Of a stretch of 39,263 nucleotides of DNA, positions 21,372-30,335 are shown piece after piece. Under the pieces are notes generated by a model that had not been told where the DNA came from, searched no databases, and was given only the letters and a program-made list of their open reading frames with translations. Source of the DNA: a virus (taxonomy: Duplodnaviria > Heunggongvirae > Uroviricota > Caudoviricetes); the IMG/VR virus record IMGVR_UViG_2506520037_000005, positions 1 to 39,263 of that record; one strand, written 5' to 3'. A program made the translations under genes and the position numbers. Positions within the stretch are counted from its first letter, which is position 1. Every line of letters begins with the position of its first letter.

Positions 21372-22022
21372 TCAGCGGCTGTCATTGCGCAGTCTGCGCT
21401 CCAGCTGCTGTTTGTCTTTTTTCACGCCACAGCGGGGATCGAGCTGTAACGCATGGTTGAGATGATTAAGGGCGGAAGCCGGATTGCTTTCACTCAGGAC
21501 AGCGCCAATCGCTTTATGCAGACGCGCCCGTGACTGGTCCGGCATATCCAGACCGTCTGTCAGCTCCAGCGTCTGCAGCAACAGATCGGCATCAAAGCCG
21601 GTAGCGGCAAGCATTGCGCTCTGCGCTGCATCTGCCATTTCCTCTGCCAGCACGGTCTGCACGTTGCGGTTACCCAGAGGCATCACCCAGCCATGACGCA
21701 GGGCATGACGCCCGATCTCCAGCGCCCCGGCATAATCTCCGGCATCAATGCGCCACAGCATCACGTACATCAGCACGTCATCCTGTTGAGCGCCTCCGGC
21801 AGCCAGGACGCCCTCCGCCCAGGCGGCATATTTCGGCAGCAGCTCCACCTTTATTTCCGCTTTTTTCACCGTGGACTGAACGCCCTTGAGACGGCGGCGG
21901 TCTTCCGCCAGCTGCAGCAGCATCAGGTCATAGCCCGACGCGTGGCGAACACTGCCGCCCTCACGGGCGGCCTGTTCAGCCTGAACGCGCAGGCGATGCT
22001 GCCGTGCGGGACTCAGGCTCAT
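21372..22022 (-). CDS. M: Terminase endonuclease (small) subunit M
   Basis: 216-aa ORF similar to P2 gpM (ELLP...GAQDD...MLWR.D.GD.AGALEI) as recalled. Confidence 0.85.
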   Translation of the reverse strand: MSLSPARQHRLRVQAEQAAREGGSVRHASGYDLMLLQLAEDRRRLKGVQSTVKKAEIKVELLPKYAAWAEGVLAAGGAQQDDVLMYVMLWRIDAGDYAGALEIGRHALRHGWVMPLGNRNVQTVLAEEMADAAQSAMLAATGFDADLLLQTLELTDGLDMPDQSRARLHKAIGAVLSESNPASALNHLNHALQLDPRCGVKKDKQQLERRLRNDSR

Positions 22023-22025
22023 GGT

Positions 22026-23084
22026 TTACGCTCCGGCTTCTGCTGCGGCGGCGCTGAAATCACCAATCTGGATGTTTTCCACCAGTGCGGCGCAGCGGTA
22101 GTCCTCAACCACATAGGCTTCATTAACGGATTCAAAGTTTTCAATCCGGTCACGTTTCGGGTTGTCGATAACTGAACGGCGGCGGGTGTCTTCCTGCCAG
22201 TAGATGGACAAGTTATCCAGACGGGTGATCAGCAGTGCATTCGGCGGGAAGAACGGCGCACGCACGGCCTGCAGGCCACCCATGCGTTTCTGACTGATGA
22301 TCATATCGGCAGCGAGTTTTTCACTGTTTTCCTGCTCTTTGTTGACCAGTGGGAAATACTTGTCAGACAACAGTTCACGACCGCAAATCACCACCAGATC
22401 GTCATCGTCCTGGTAGACCACGTCGATAAGCTCATTGACGGCATCCATCACCACGGCGTCCAGGTTGGCATATTCGCCACCTTTACCGACTTTCACCGCG
22501 CCCGGTGTGGTTTCACCGCCTGTGGTGGTGCTGCCCATGACGTGATCCGGTGCATCCTCACGGATTTTCTGCAGCCAGCCTTTGTTCACATCCTGCAGCA
22601 GCGGGTTTTCACTACGGTTGGAGGTTTTCGCACGCTTCACGCCGTTAAAGCCGATCATGATGCGGTCCAGTGCCTGACGTTTCACGATGGCGTCACGGAT
22701 ACGCACCTGGAAATCCTGAAATTTCGCCCACAGGTCCAGCTTCGCGTAGGTCAGCACCGTGTCAAAGTTGGTCTGCTCGCATTTGTATTCCACATCGACC
22801 ATCAGCGTCGGATCGACAGGTTCACGCTCTTTCGCGGTGGTATCAGTGGTTCCGGCAATGGTGCTGCCAACACCCAACCCCAGCAGCTGACCGGACTGCT
22901 CAGTCACTGGCGTGACGTTAATCAGCGTCAGGAAAGCGGCGGACTGCTGGATCTGGTCTTCCAGCGTCTGCTGTACAGACGGCTCCACGGTGAACTTGCT
23001 GGACAGTTCTTCAACTGCCACACCGTTCAGACGCGCCAGCTGCTGCAGGTAAGCGTTAAAAGCAAAGCGGGTATTCTTCTTCAT
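22026..23084 (-). CDS. N: Major capsid protein N
   Basis: 352-aa ORF near-collinear with P2 gpN as recalled. Confidence 0.9.
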   Translation of the reverse strand: MKKNTRFAFNAYLQQLARLNGVAVEELSSKFTVEPSVQQTLEDQIQQSAAFLTLINVTPVTEQSGQLLGLGVGSTIAGTTDTTAKEREPVDPTLMVDVEYKCEQTNFDTVLTYAKLDLWAKFQDFQVRIRDAIVKRQALDRIMIGFNGVKRAKTSNRSENPLLQDVNKGWLQKIREDAPDHVMGSTTTGGETTPGAVKVGKGGEYANLDAVVMDAVNELIDVVYQDDDDLVVICGRELLSDKYFPLVNKEQENSEKLAADMIISQKRMGGLQAVRAPFFPPNALLITRLDNLSIYWQEDTRRRSVIDNPKRDRIENFESVNEAYVVEDYRCAALVENIQIGDFSAAAAEAGA

Positions 23085-23100
23085 CGGGTTTTGTGCTCCA

Positions 23101-23934
23101 TCAGCAATTGGTCAGAGTGTCAGCGGGGGCGTTACCGCCTGTTGCACGCTGGCGGTAGTCCTGGCGGCTGTCTTCATGACTCAGCTTGTCCACCAGTTCG
23201 TTAAAGGCGGTTTGCTGTGCCTGCAGGGCAGTCTCCAGCTCAGACAGGCGTTCTTCCTGCTCAGACAGGGATTTTTCGGTGCGTGCGCTCAGGTTTTGCT
23301 GCTCAGTGGCGACCAGCTCCACGGCCTTATGCACATCAGAGAACCGGGCGTCATCGGACTGCTCTTTTTTGGTAAACAGCGCCGTGACGCGGGCAAACAG
23401 GGACGGTTTGTCGTCCTGGATTTCTTCCAGTTCGATCACCGTTTCCTCTGCAGCGGTAAAGAGATTGGCAGGATTCTGCTTGCGGTTTGCCAGCGGGTTA
23501 TGGGCTGCACTGGCGCTGAATGTCAGCATTTCCGTACCCAGACTGGCAGGGTCATCAGTGGCAGCCAGGCCGACCAGGTAGGCTTTGCCCGTATCAGCGA
23601 ACTTCGGGCTGACTTCCATAGAGGTGAATAATTTCTGGCCTTTTTTCACCAGTTCCACCAGGGACTCCGTTGGCTCAACGTCGGCATACAGCGCCATCTT
23701 GCCTGCCAGCGGACCTTCCGTGATTTCTTCAGCAAACAGCGCCGTCACCTTGCCGTAGCGGTTAAAGGTGCTGTCCGGCAGATAAGACTTGATGTGCTCA
23801 AGGTTAATCAGCGCGGTATACACCGCCGGGTTGTAGCTGGCTGCCATCTGTTCCAGCCATTCACGCTGGATTTCGCGTCCGTCGGTGGTGGCACCTTCCA
23901 CCCCGATGCGAAAACGCTTTGCTTTCACTGTCAT
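23101..23934 (-). CDS. O: Capsid scaffold protein O
   Basis: 277-aa ORF with P2 gpO-like motifs (FRIGVEG...INLEH...YLVGLAATDDPASLGTE) as recalled. Confidence 0.9.
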   Translation of the reverse strand: MTVKAKRFRIGVEGATTDGREIQREWLEQMAASYNPAVYTALINLEHIKSYLPDSTFNRYGKVTALFAEEITEGPLAGKMALYADVEPTESLVELVKKGQKLFTSMEVSPKFADTGKAYLVGLAATDDPASLGTEMLTFSASAAHNPLANRKQNPANLFTAAEETVIELEEIQDDKPSLFARVTALFTKKEQSDDARFSDVHKAVELVATEQQNLSARTEKSLSEQEERLSELETALQAQQTAFNELVDKLSHEDSRQDYRQRATGGNAPADTLTNC

Positions 23935-24002
23935 GAGCCGTGCTCCGTTAGAAAAAACTTACTGGAGCCTTATGGTTGCGGTGATGGGGGCAGTGAAACA
24001 AT

Positions 24003-24020
24003 GCGCGGTATTTGTACCGA
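24003..24020. promoter_or_regulatory. Candidate Ogr-binding dyad (TGT-N12-ACA) in the divergent O/P late-promoter region
   Basis: TTTGTACCGACAACCACACAAACC in the 142-bp gap between the divergent O and P genes; the only such dyad in that gap. Confidence 0.55.
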
Positions 24021-24076
24021 CAACCACACAAACCGCAGGCGGGGAAAGCCTTCATTCAAGGCTGTAGGTTTGTGCC

Positions 24077-25843
24077 ATGAACACCACACTGACACCCGCA
24101 GATCTCGATCCCCGTCGGCAGGCCATGCTGCTGTACTTTCAGGGATACCGCGTAGCCCGCATTGCTGAAATGCTGGGCGAGAAAGTTGCAACCGTTCACA
24201 GCTGGAAAAAACGCGACAAGTGGGGTGACTATGGGCCGCTGGATCAGATGCAGCTCACCACCGCCGCACGCTACTGCCAGCTCATTATGAAGGAGCACAA
24301 AGAAGGGAAAGATTTCAAAGAGATTGACCTGCTGGCGCGCCAGTCGGAGCGCCATGCGCGGATCGGCAAGTTTAACAATGGCGGCAACGAAGCCGACTTA
24401 AACCCTAACGTCGCCAACCGCAACAAAGGCCCGCGCCGTCAGCCGGAAAAGAACGTTTTCACCGATGAACAGATTGAGAAGCTGGAAGAAATCTTCCATT
24501 CCTCCATGTTCAACTACCAGCGCCACTGGTGGGAAGCCGGAAAAACCAACCGCATCCGCAACCTGCTGAAGTCACGCCAGATCGGCGCGACCTTCTATTT
24601 TGCCCGTGAAGCCCTGATTGACGCCCTGCTAACCGGGCGTAACCAGATTTTCCTTTCCGCCAGCAAGGCACAGGCCCACGTCTTTAAGCAGTACATCATC
24701 GACTTCGCCAAAGAAGTGGAGGTGGAGCTGAAAGGCGATCCGATGGTGCTTCCTAACGGGGCCACGCTGTACTTCCTCGGCACCAATGCCCGCACGGCCC
24801 AGAGTTACCACGGCAACCTGTATCTGGATGAATATTTCTGGATACCGAAATTCCAGGAGCTGCGCAAAGTGGCTTCCGGTATGGCTATTCACAAGAAATG
24901 GCGACAGACCTATTTTTCCACGCCATCCAGTCTGACACACAGTGCTTATCCGTTCTGGTCCGGTGCGCTGTTCAACCGTGGGCGCAACAGAGCCGATAAG
25001 GTGGACATCGACCTGTCCCACAGCAATCTGGCCCCCGGCCTGCTGTGCGCAGACGGGCAATACCGCCAGATAGTCACCGTGGAAGATGCGGTGCGCGGCG
25101 GCTGTAACCTGTTCGACCTTGACCAGTTGCGCATGGAGTACAGCCCTGACGAATACCAGAACTTGCTGATGTGCGAGTTCGTGGACGATCTCGCGTCCGT
25201 GTTCCCGCTCAGCGAATTGCAGGCGTGCATGGTGGACAGCTGGGAAGTCTGGACCGACTTTCATGCACTGGCCCTGCGCCCGTTTGGCTGGCGCGAAGTG
25301 TGGATCGGTTATGACCCGGCAAAAGGTACGCAGAACGGCGACAGCGCCGGATGCGTGGTGGTGGCACCGCCAGCCGTGCCAGGCGGTAAGTTCCGCATTC
25401 TTGAGCGTCACCAGTGGCGCGGAATGGACTTTCGCGCCCAGGCTGACGCCATCAAAAAACTGACCGAACAGTACAACGTGACCTATATCGGCATCGACTC
25501 AACCGGCGTTGGTCACGGGGTTTACGAGAACGTGAAAGCGTTTTTTCCTGCCGTCCGGGAGTTTGTCTACAACCCCAACGTTAAAAACGCCCTGGTACTC
25601 AAGGCCTACGACATTATCAGCCACCGCCGTCTTGAGTTTGACGCCGGGCACACCGACATTGCGCAGTCATTCATGGCAATCCGTCGCGCCACCACCGCCA
25701 GCGGCAACCGCCCGACCTATGAAGCCAGCCGCAGCGAAGAAGCCAGCCATGCCGATCTGGCCTGGGCAACAATGCACGCACTGTTTAACGAACCACTGCA
25801 GGGCGAGTCCGCCAATACCAGCAATATTGTGGAGATTTTTTGA
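24077..25843 (+). CDS. P: Terminase ATPase (large) subunit P
   Basis: 588-aa ORF divergent from O; P2 gpP size and position. Confidence 0.9.
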   Translation: MNTTLTPADLDPRRQAMLLYFQGYRVARIAEMLGEKVATVHSWKKRDKWGDYGPLDQMQLTTAARYCQLIMKEHKEGKDFKEIDLLARQSERHARIGKFNNGGNEADLNPNVANRNKGPRRQPEKNVFTDEQIEKLEEIFHSSMFNYQRHWWEAGKTNRIRNLLKSRQIGATFYFAREALIDALLTGRNQIFLSASKAQAHVFKQYIIDFAKEVEVELKGDPMVLPNGATLYFLGTNARTAQSYHGNLYLDEYFWIPKFQELRKVASGMAIHKKWRQTYFSTPSSLTHSAYPFWSGALFNRGRNRADKVDIDLSHSNLAPGLLCADGQYRQIVTVEDAVRGGCNLFDLDQLRMEYSPDEYQNLLMCEFVDDLASVFPLSELQACMVDSWEVWTDFHALALRPFGWREVWIGYDPAKGTQNGDSAGCVVVAPPAVPGGKFRILERHQWRGMDFRAQADAIKKLTEQYNVTYIGIDSTGVGHGVYENVKAFFPAVREFVYNPNVKNALVLKAYDIISHRRLEFDAGHTDIAQSFMAIRRATTASGNRPTYEASRSEEASHADLAWATMHALFNEPLQGESANTSNIVEIF

Positions 25844-26868
25844 TGGGAAAGAGTAAGAAGAACCGCGCTGCGGCGACGAAACAGATCCAGCATAAAAACC
25901 AGACTTCAGCCGAAGCATTCAGCTTCGGTGATCCCGTTCCTGTTCTGGACCGCCGCGAACTGCTGGACTATGTGGAATGCGTACAGATGGACCGTTGGTA
26001 TGAGCCACCAGTGAGTTTCGACGGCCTGGCGCGAACCTTCCGCGCCGCCGTACACCACAGCTCACCGATTGCAGTAAAGTGCAACATTCTGACCAGCACC
26101 TATATCCCTCACCCGTTGCTCAGCCAGCAGGCTTTTTCACGTTTTGTGCAGGACTATCTGGTATTTGGTAATGCCTACCTGGAGAAACGCACGAACCGCT
26201 TCGGTGAAGTTATCGCCCTTGAACCTGCCCTGGCAAAATATACCCGACGCGGATTAGACCTGGATACCTACTGGTTTGTGCAATACGGTATGGCAACCCA
26301 GCCGTATCAGTTCACGAAAGGCAGCATCTTTCATCTGATGGAACCGGATATTAATCAGGAGATCTACGGCCTGCCTGGCTATCTTTCTGCTATTCCATCC
26401 GCTCTGCTCAACGAGTCCGCCACGCTGTTCCGCCGGAAGTATTACATTAACGGCAGTCATGCAGGCTTCATCATGTACATGACCGATGCCGCGCAAAACC
26501 AGGAGGATGTGAACAACCTCCGCAACGCAATGAAAAGCGCCAAAGGACCGGGTAACTTCCGCAACCTGTTTATGTACTCGCCTAACGGCAAAAAGGATGG
26601 GCTTCAGATCATTCCTCTGTCAGAAGTCGCGGCGAAGGATGAGTTTCTGAATATCAAGAACGTGAGCCGGGACGACATGATGGCGGCGCACCGCGTACCG
26701 CCGCAAATGATGGGGATTATGCCTAGCAATGTCGGGGGGTTTGGGGATGTAGAGAAAGCTAGTAAGGTATTTGTGCGGAATGAGCTTTTACCTTTGCAAA
26801 AATTGATGCAAGCGCTTAATTGTTGGCTGGATGAAAATATAATTACATTTAATAAATATATTTTGTAG
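25840..26868 (+). CDS. Q: Portal protein Q
   Basis: 342-aa ORF overlapping the P stop by 4 bp; its last ~25 codons are AT-rich, suggesting a recombination joint with the downstream cargo. Confidence 0.9.
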   Translation: MMGKSKKNRAAATKQIQHKNQTSAEAFSFGDPVPVLDRRELLDYVECVQMDRWYEPPVSFDGLARTFRAAVHHSSPIAVKCNILTSTYIPHPLLSQQAFSRFVQDYLVFGNAYLEKRTNRFGEVIALEPALAKYTRRGLDLDTYWFVQYGMATQPYQFTKGSIFHLMEPDINQEIYGLPGYLSAIPSALLNESATLFRRKYYINGSHAGFIMYMTDAAQNQEDVNNLRNAMKSAKGPGNFRNLFMYSPNGKKDGLQIIPLSEVAAKDEFLNIKNVSRDDMMAAHRVPPQMMGIMPSNVGGFGDVEKASKVFVRNELLPLQKLMQALNCWLDENIITFNKYIL

Positions 26869-26884
26869 TTCCTGTTTATAATTA

Positions 26885-26904
26885 ACGCCTGCCTGAGCAG
26901 GCGT
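26885..26904. terminator. Bidirectional hairpin between convergent Q and the DUF262 gene
   Basis: Stem acgcctgc / gcaggcgt with a 4-nt loop; T-rich on the plus side. Confidence 0.55.
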
Positions 26905-26908
26905 TCTT

Positions 26909-28690
26909 TCATTTAAAACGTGTTGCAATATCTGCTGCTTCGATAACTGTTGCTTTTACGGTATTATCGCCAGCACGATAATAAATATCCCCATCATAAC
27001 TAGAATAAGATGCTAGAAGTGGAATTGTAATAACTATAACTCCATAACCATAAAAGTCATTATAGTCAATCAAACTCACCACTTGTGATTTAAGAGGCTC
27101 ACTCAAAGCAGATTTTTTCAACTCATCGCAAAAACGTCTATAATATTCTTCCATTGATATGCCGAGTTTAATAGCTTCTCTTTTAACACCAACAACACTT
27201 CTCTCACCAACTACATGTGCATCTATATCATCAAGCTCTTTTACTCTACTTGTATCACTTGGTTTATCTGTTACACCAAGCAATAACTTACCAACTACAC
27301 CGTTCTTGTTACCTTTACCGATGTTAGCAATAGCACAAATTGTGGAGAATATTTTCTCATGAATGCCATCATCAATAGTTCGCTCTCCGCCTAACATCAA
27401 CAAACCCTGTTTCAGTTCATAATTTGCAAGCTCTATTTCAGATCTTCGTAAAATATCCTCAATATCCACCGTATTGTGAGAATTATAGATATGACTGCTA
27501 TCGGCGCTATCAATAAAGTTATCTTTAATCAAGCCTATGATAGAATTAATATTCTTTCTTCTCTCTTCCCCACCAGTAGCAGATCTTTTAGTATCTAGTC
27601 GAGTGACTATATTATTAAGATTGTCTTTTACACCTTTATAATTATTAATCTTCTTATTTTCTTTAATGAGTAATTCATGAAAAGCAATAAATAACACAGC
27701 AAATATGGCTGGGAAAGCATTTGTAGTACGTTTAGTAAAGATTAAATCCCTGAGTTTAATTTCACCGTCACTATTACATACTTTTGTTATTTCCTGGATG
27801 CAGAATTTAAACTCTTCTGCAAATTTTCCTTCACCATAAACATTAATAGCAGAGCTAATACGACTATACTCTTCATCTTCATTATTATAAATCTGATCAA
27901 GCGCATCTTTGGAACGATCTATTAACTTACCTCCAACAATACAAGCTGCTATATCTGCAATGCATTGCTCATCCATACTGTCACGAAGGTCTGTTGAACG
28001 TAAGATCCCATGTTTTACCCAAAATACTTCTTCCGACTGAATTTGGTAACCATGTTTAGTTAGTGGCAAATCAATGCTAATAGACGGCATTTGCTCTAAA
28101 AGCAATATGTCGTCAGATACATCCCCCCTGATAGAACAGGCAATATCCCTAACCATATTTGAAAATTTATTTTGTATACCAGCCTGGCGCCTTTCTTGAT
28201 CACTAAGTCTATGCCCGTATGTATTAATTCTATCAAAAACATCATTTATTTCGTTCTCAGTCGCATTACGCATAATGGACATTGCAAGAGAATAATCCAA
28301 TAACTGAGTAACCTCACGCTGACTTAAAAGATTATCAGCTTTCACTGCAACAAACTTACCTTCATCCGCTCGATTTTTCGCTGTGGGAAAAGCGTCCAGA
28401 TTAAAACGTTTTCCATCAAGTGATTCATATCCTGTTTCGATGAAAGACATTATTGCATGTAATCTTTGTAGGCCATCAATTATTTCATATGTGCCAGGAT
28501 CATTTTCCCTTTCCGCGAGAAGAACTGCAGGAATTGGATATTTTTTTTGAATGGATTCAATTAATTTTTGTTTCTCTATTGCAGTCCAAACTAATTTTCG
28601 TTGATAACGTCTATTAACAAATATCTTACCTTCAGTAAACCATGAATAAATAGTTTGTATAGAAGTTGTTTGCGGTAATAGTTCAGCCAT
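26909..28690 (-). CDS. DUF262 (ParB-like nuclease superfamily) protein, 593 aa, candidate anti-phage defence protein
   Basis: N-terminal DUF262 signature motifs (NRRYQRKLVW; IIDGLQRL, a DGQQR variant); AT-rich codon usage; lies in the Q-to-A variable region. No recognisable HNH motif in the C-terminal half. Confidence 0.7.
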   Translation of the reverse strand: MAELLPQTTSIQTIYSWFTEGKIFVNRRYQRKLVWTAIEKQKLIESIQKKYPIPAVLLAERENDPGTYEIIDGLQRLHAIMSFIETGYESLDGKRFNLDAFPTAKNRADEGKFVAVKADNLLSQREVTQLLDYSLAMSIMRNATENEINDVFDRINTYGHRLSDQERRQAGIQNKFSNMVRDIACSIRGDVSDDILLLEQMPSISIDLPLTKHGYQIQSEEVFWVKHGILRSTDLRDSMDEQCIADIAACIVGGKLIDRSKDALDQIYNNEDEEYSRISSAINVYGEGKFAEEFKFCIQEITKVCNSDGEIKLRDLIFTKRTTNAFPAIFAVLFIAFHELLIKENKKINNYKGVKDNLNNIVTRLDTKRSATGGEERRKNINSIIGLIKDNFIDSADSSHIYNSHNTVDIEDILRRSEIELANYELKQGLLMLGGERTIDDGIHEKIFSTICAIANIGKGNKNGVVGKLLLGVTDKPSDTSRVKELDDIDAHVVGERSVVGVKREAIKLGISMEEYYRRFCDELKKSALSEPLKSQVVSLIDYNDFYGYGVIVITIPLLASYSSYDGDIYYRAGDNTVKATVIEAADIATRFK

Positions 28691-28824
28691 GAAACAAATT
28701 CCTTCTTCTGGATAGAATTTTATAATATAGAAACTGAAAAGGTTAAGTTACCATCAAAAATGATGATAGCAACAAAAAGATACCATTTTGTAATTTTTTG
28801 TTCAGATTTTCATATCAGAGCGCG

Positions 28825-28843
28825 CTCGTATCCCCGCCACGCC
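28825..28843 (-). other. Candidate cos cohesive-end core (GGCGTGGCGGGGATACGAG on the minus strand)
   Basis: Resembles the P2/186 19-nt cohesive end as I recall it (GGCG[A/T]GGCGGGGAAAGCA); that recollection is itself uncertain. Confidence 0.25.
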
Positions 28844-29222
28844 TGCCCGCTTTATGCAGTGGTTTTCATGCACATGCATGACATGAGCAAAAGCCCGCCA
28901 GTTCTGGCGGATCTGAGCAAAGACGATCCTCAATCGATCATGCGATTTCATGCAGCATAGTCATGCACTGTCAAGGAAGTGAAAATCCGTATCTGAATGG
29001 CCACTTGAAAAACGGATCATACGGGTTTACAAAGATGAATGTTCGCTGTGAACGGGAAGCGGAAGTTAACTTTCAGATAACATAATCCATATGCACGAGA
29101 ACCTCTAAAATAGAATGGGACACCTAAGTGGGGTACTTACAACGATTCTTTCCATATTCACAGTTAACACTCTGTTTGGCGTATTTTTATTCAAATAGCA
29201 AACACCAATAAAAGGAGTTTCC

Positions 29223-29558
29223 ATGAACAATATTCCCCCTATACCACAGTTAGGAATTTATGTCTCAAAAATCGATCCCACCCTACGTATCACTGTAACC
29301 GATGTTGATATTGTTGATGGTGAGGATGATTCTCCTGATGATGAATTGTTTTATTTAGTCCACTGGATCGAGGGGGAAGATGAAAGTGATATGACAGCAA
29401 TGGGATTTGAGCTAGACCCAGTAGAGTGGCAGGCTTTCGTTGAATCTGAGCAATTAGTGTTTGAGCGTGATCCGTACATGGATTCAATCCCCGAAAATTC
29501 AAACTTGGCAAAGATTCGGGATTTTCTCATGAAGACTAAACAGAATGATCATTCGTAA
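29223..29558 (+). CDS. Small, strongly acidic hypothetical protein (111 aa)
   Basis: Good Shine-Dalgarno (AAAAGGAG) 7 nt upstream of the ATG; Asp/Glu-rich (DGEDDSPDDE, EGEDESD); AT-rich. Confidence 0.6.
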   Translation: MNNIPPIPQLGIYVSKIDPTLRITVTDVDIVDGEDDSPDDELFYLVHWIEGEDESDMTAMGFELDPVEWQAFVESEQLVFERDPYMDSIPENSNLAKIRDFLMKTKQNDHS

Positions 29559-29750
29559 GTGTAAGCATCCATCAGGAAAATGGTTTTGTAAGTGAATCAT
29601 CAACTTTTAGAGAGTCTCAGACACTCCCACTTCTGCTTCTGACACAAAGCGGACGATCACTTATCAAAATAACCGCCCACCTTACGCCTTATTTCACTCA
29701 TTGCCCAAACTAGCCCCCATCAGAATGAATCCTCCTGGGGGCAACATTTC

Positions 29751-29984
29751 TTAATGCAGCCAGCTGTCGTCCTCCCACACCTTCTGCATAATTTTCATCA
29801 CTTGTTTTCTTTCTTCATCCAGTTGCAGTCCGGTTAGTTCCACACCGTTAGAGCTACCTTTGCGAATGCGAATTACCGTTTTGGGATACAGGGGGCGCAG
29901 ATTGCGGTAAAGCTCGGATTCAAGTGCGTCCAAGGTAGACTGGCTAATCTTCTGCTCTTTATCGATCATTATTTCAATGCGCAT
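29751..29984 (-). CDS. DinI-family protein
   Basis: MRIEIMIDKEQKISQSTLDALESEL...WEDDSW collinear with E. coli DinI as recalled; own SD (GAGGTGA). The longer ORF-track start is unlikely. Confidence 0.8.
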   Translation of the reverse strand: MRIEIMIDKEQKISQSTLDALESELYRNLRPLYPKTVIRIRKGSSNGVELTGLQLDEERKQVMKIMQKVWEDDSWLH

Positions 29985-29994
29985 AAAAGTCACC

Positions 29995-30183
29995 TCAGCT
30001 GATGACATCCATTGAGCGGTTGTATTCGTGGCTTCTGATTTTTGCCATGAGTTCATCAGTCAATTCAGAAACCCACTGCAGAGCCAGCCCCTTCTCTTCA
30101 TCACTACACTCACTAGCCGCTACAAGCTTAAGAAAAAAATCAATGCGCTGGAGCTTCAAAGACTCCAAAAAATAGTCCTGCAT
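29995..30183 (-). CDS. Small protein (62 aa), first gene of a LexA-controlled operon; possible Tum-like antirepressor
   Basis: ORF directly downstream of a consensus LexA box and upstream of the DinI-like gene. Confidence 0.5.
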   Translation of the reverse strand: MQDYFLESLKLQRIDFFLKLVAASECSDEEKGLALQWVSELTDELMAKIRSHEYNRSMDVIS

Positions 30184-30223
30184 CTTTCCTCCTATGACAC
30201 CAAAACAATACTGTATACATAAC

Positions 30224-30243
30224 CACTGTTTATATTTACAGTA
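30224..30243. promoter_or_regulatory. LexA (SOS) box overlapping a promoter
   Basis: cACTGTTTATATTTACAGTAt matches the CTGT-N8-ACAG consensus with an AT-rich spacer; sits upstream of the minus-strand small ORF. Confidence 0.7.
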
Positions 30244-30335
30244 TATAATAATCTTACTGATGTAAAACGTTTTTTTACGTTCATCGGCCTGATATGCCTG
30301 GTATTATTAAGAGCACGAATTGTTAACCCGCGTAA

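Noticed and set aside
24024-24041. GCAGGCGGGGAAAGCC in the O/P intergenic region, resembling the P2 cos core as I recall it.
   Set aside because: cos should lie beyond Q, not between O and P; the motif is more likely part of the late-promoter region, and my recollection of the cos sequence is itself uncertain.
28760-28960. 66-aa plus-strand ORF in the region upstream of the DUF262 gene.
   Set aside because: No ribosome-binding site, His/Cys-rich low-complexity translation, and it overlaps the likely promoter/cos region.
29713-29745. Hairpin gccccca / tgggggc downstream of the DinI-like gene as a terminator.
   Set aside because: 16-nt loop and no adjacent T-run on either strand.
29935-30060. 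Apparent 1-nt frame inconsistency between my base counting and the ORF track around the DinI-like gene start.
   Set aside because: The ORF-track coordinates are internally consistent and agree with the sequence at both ends (29751 and 30222), so I attribute this to my reading rather than a real frameshift or pseudogene.
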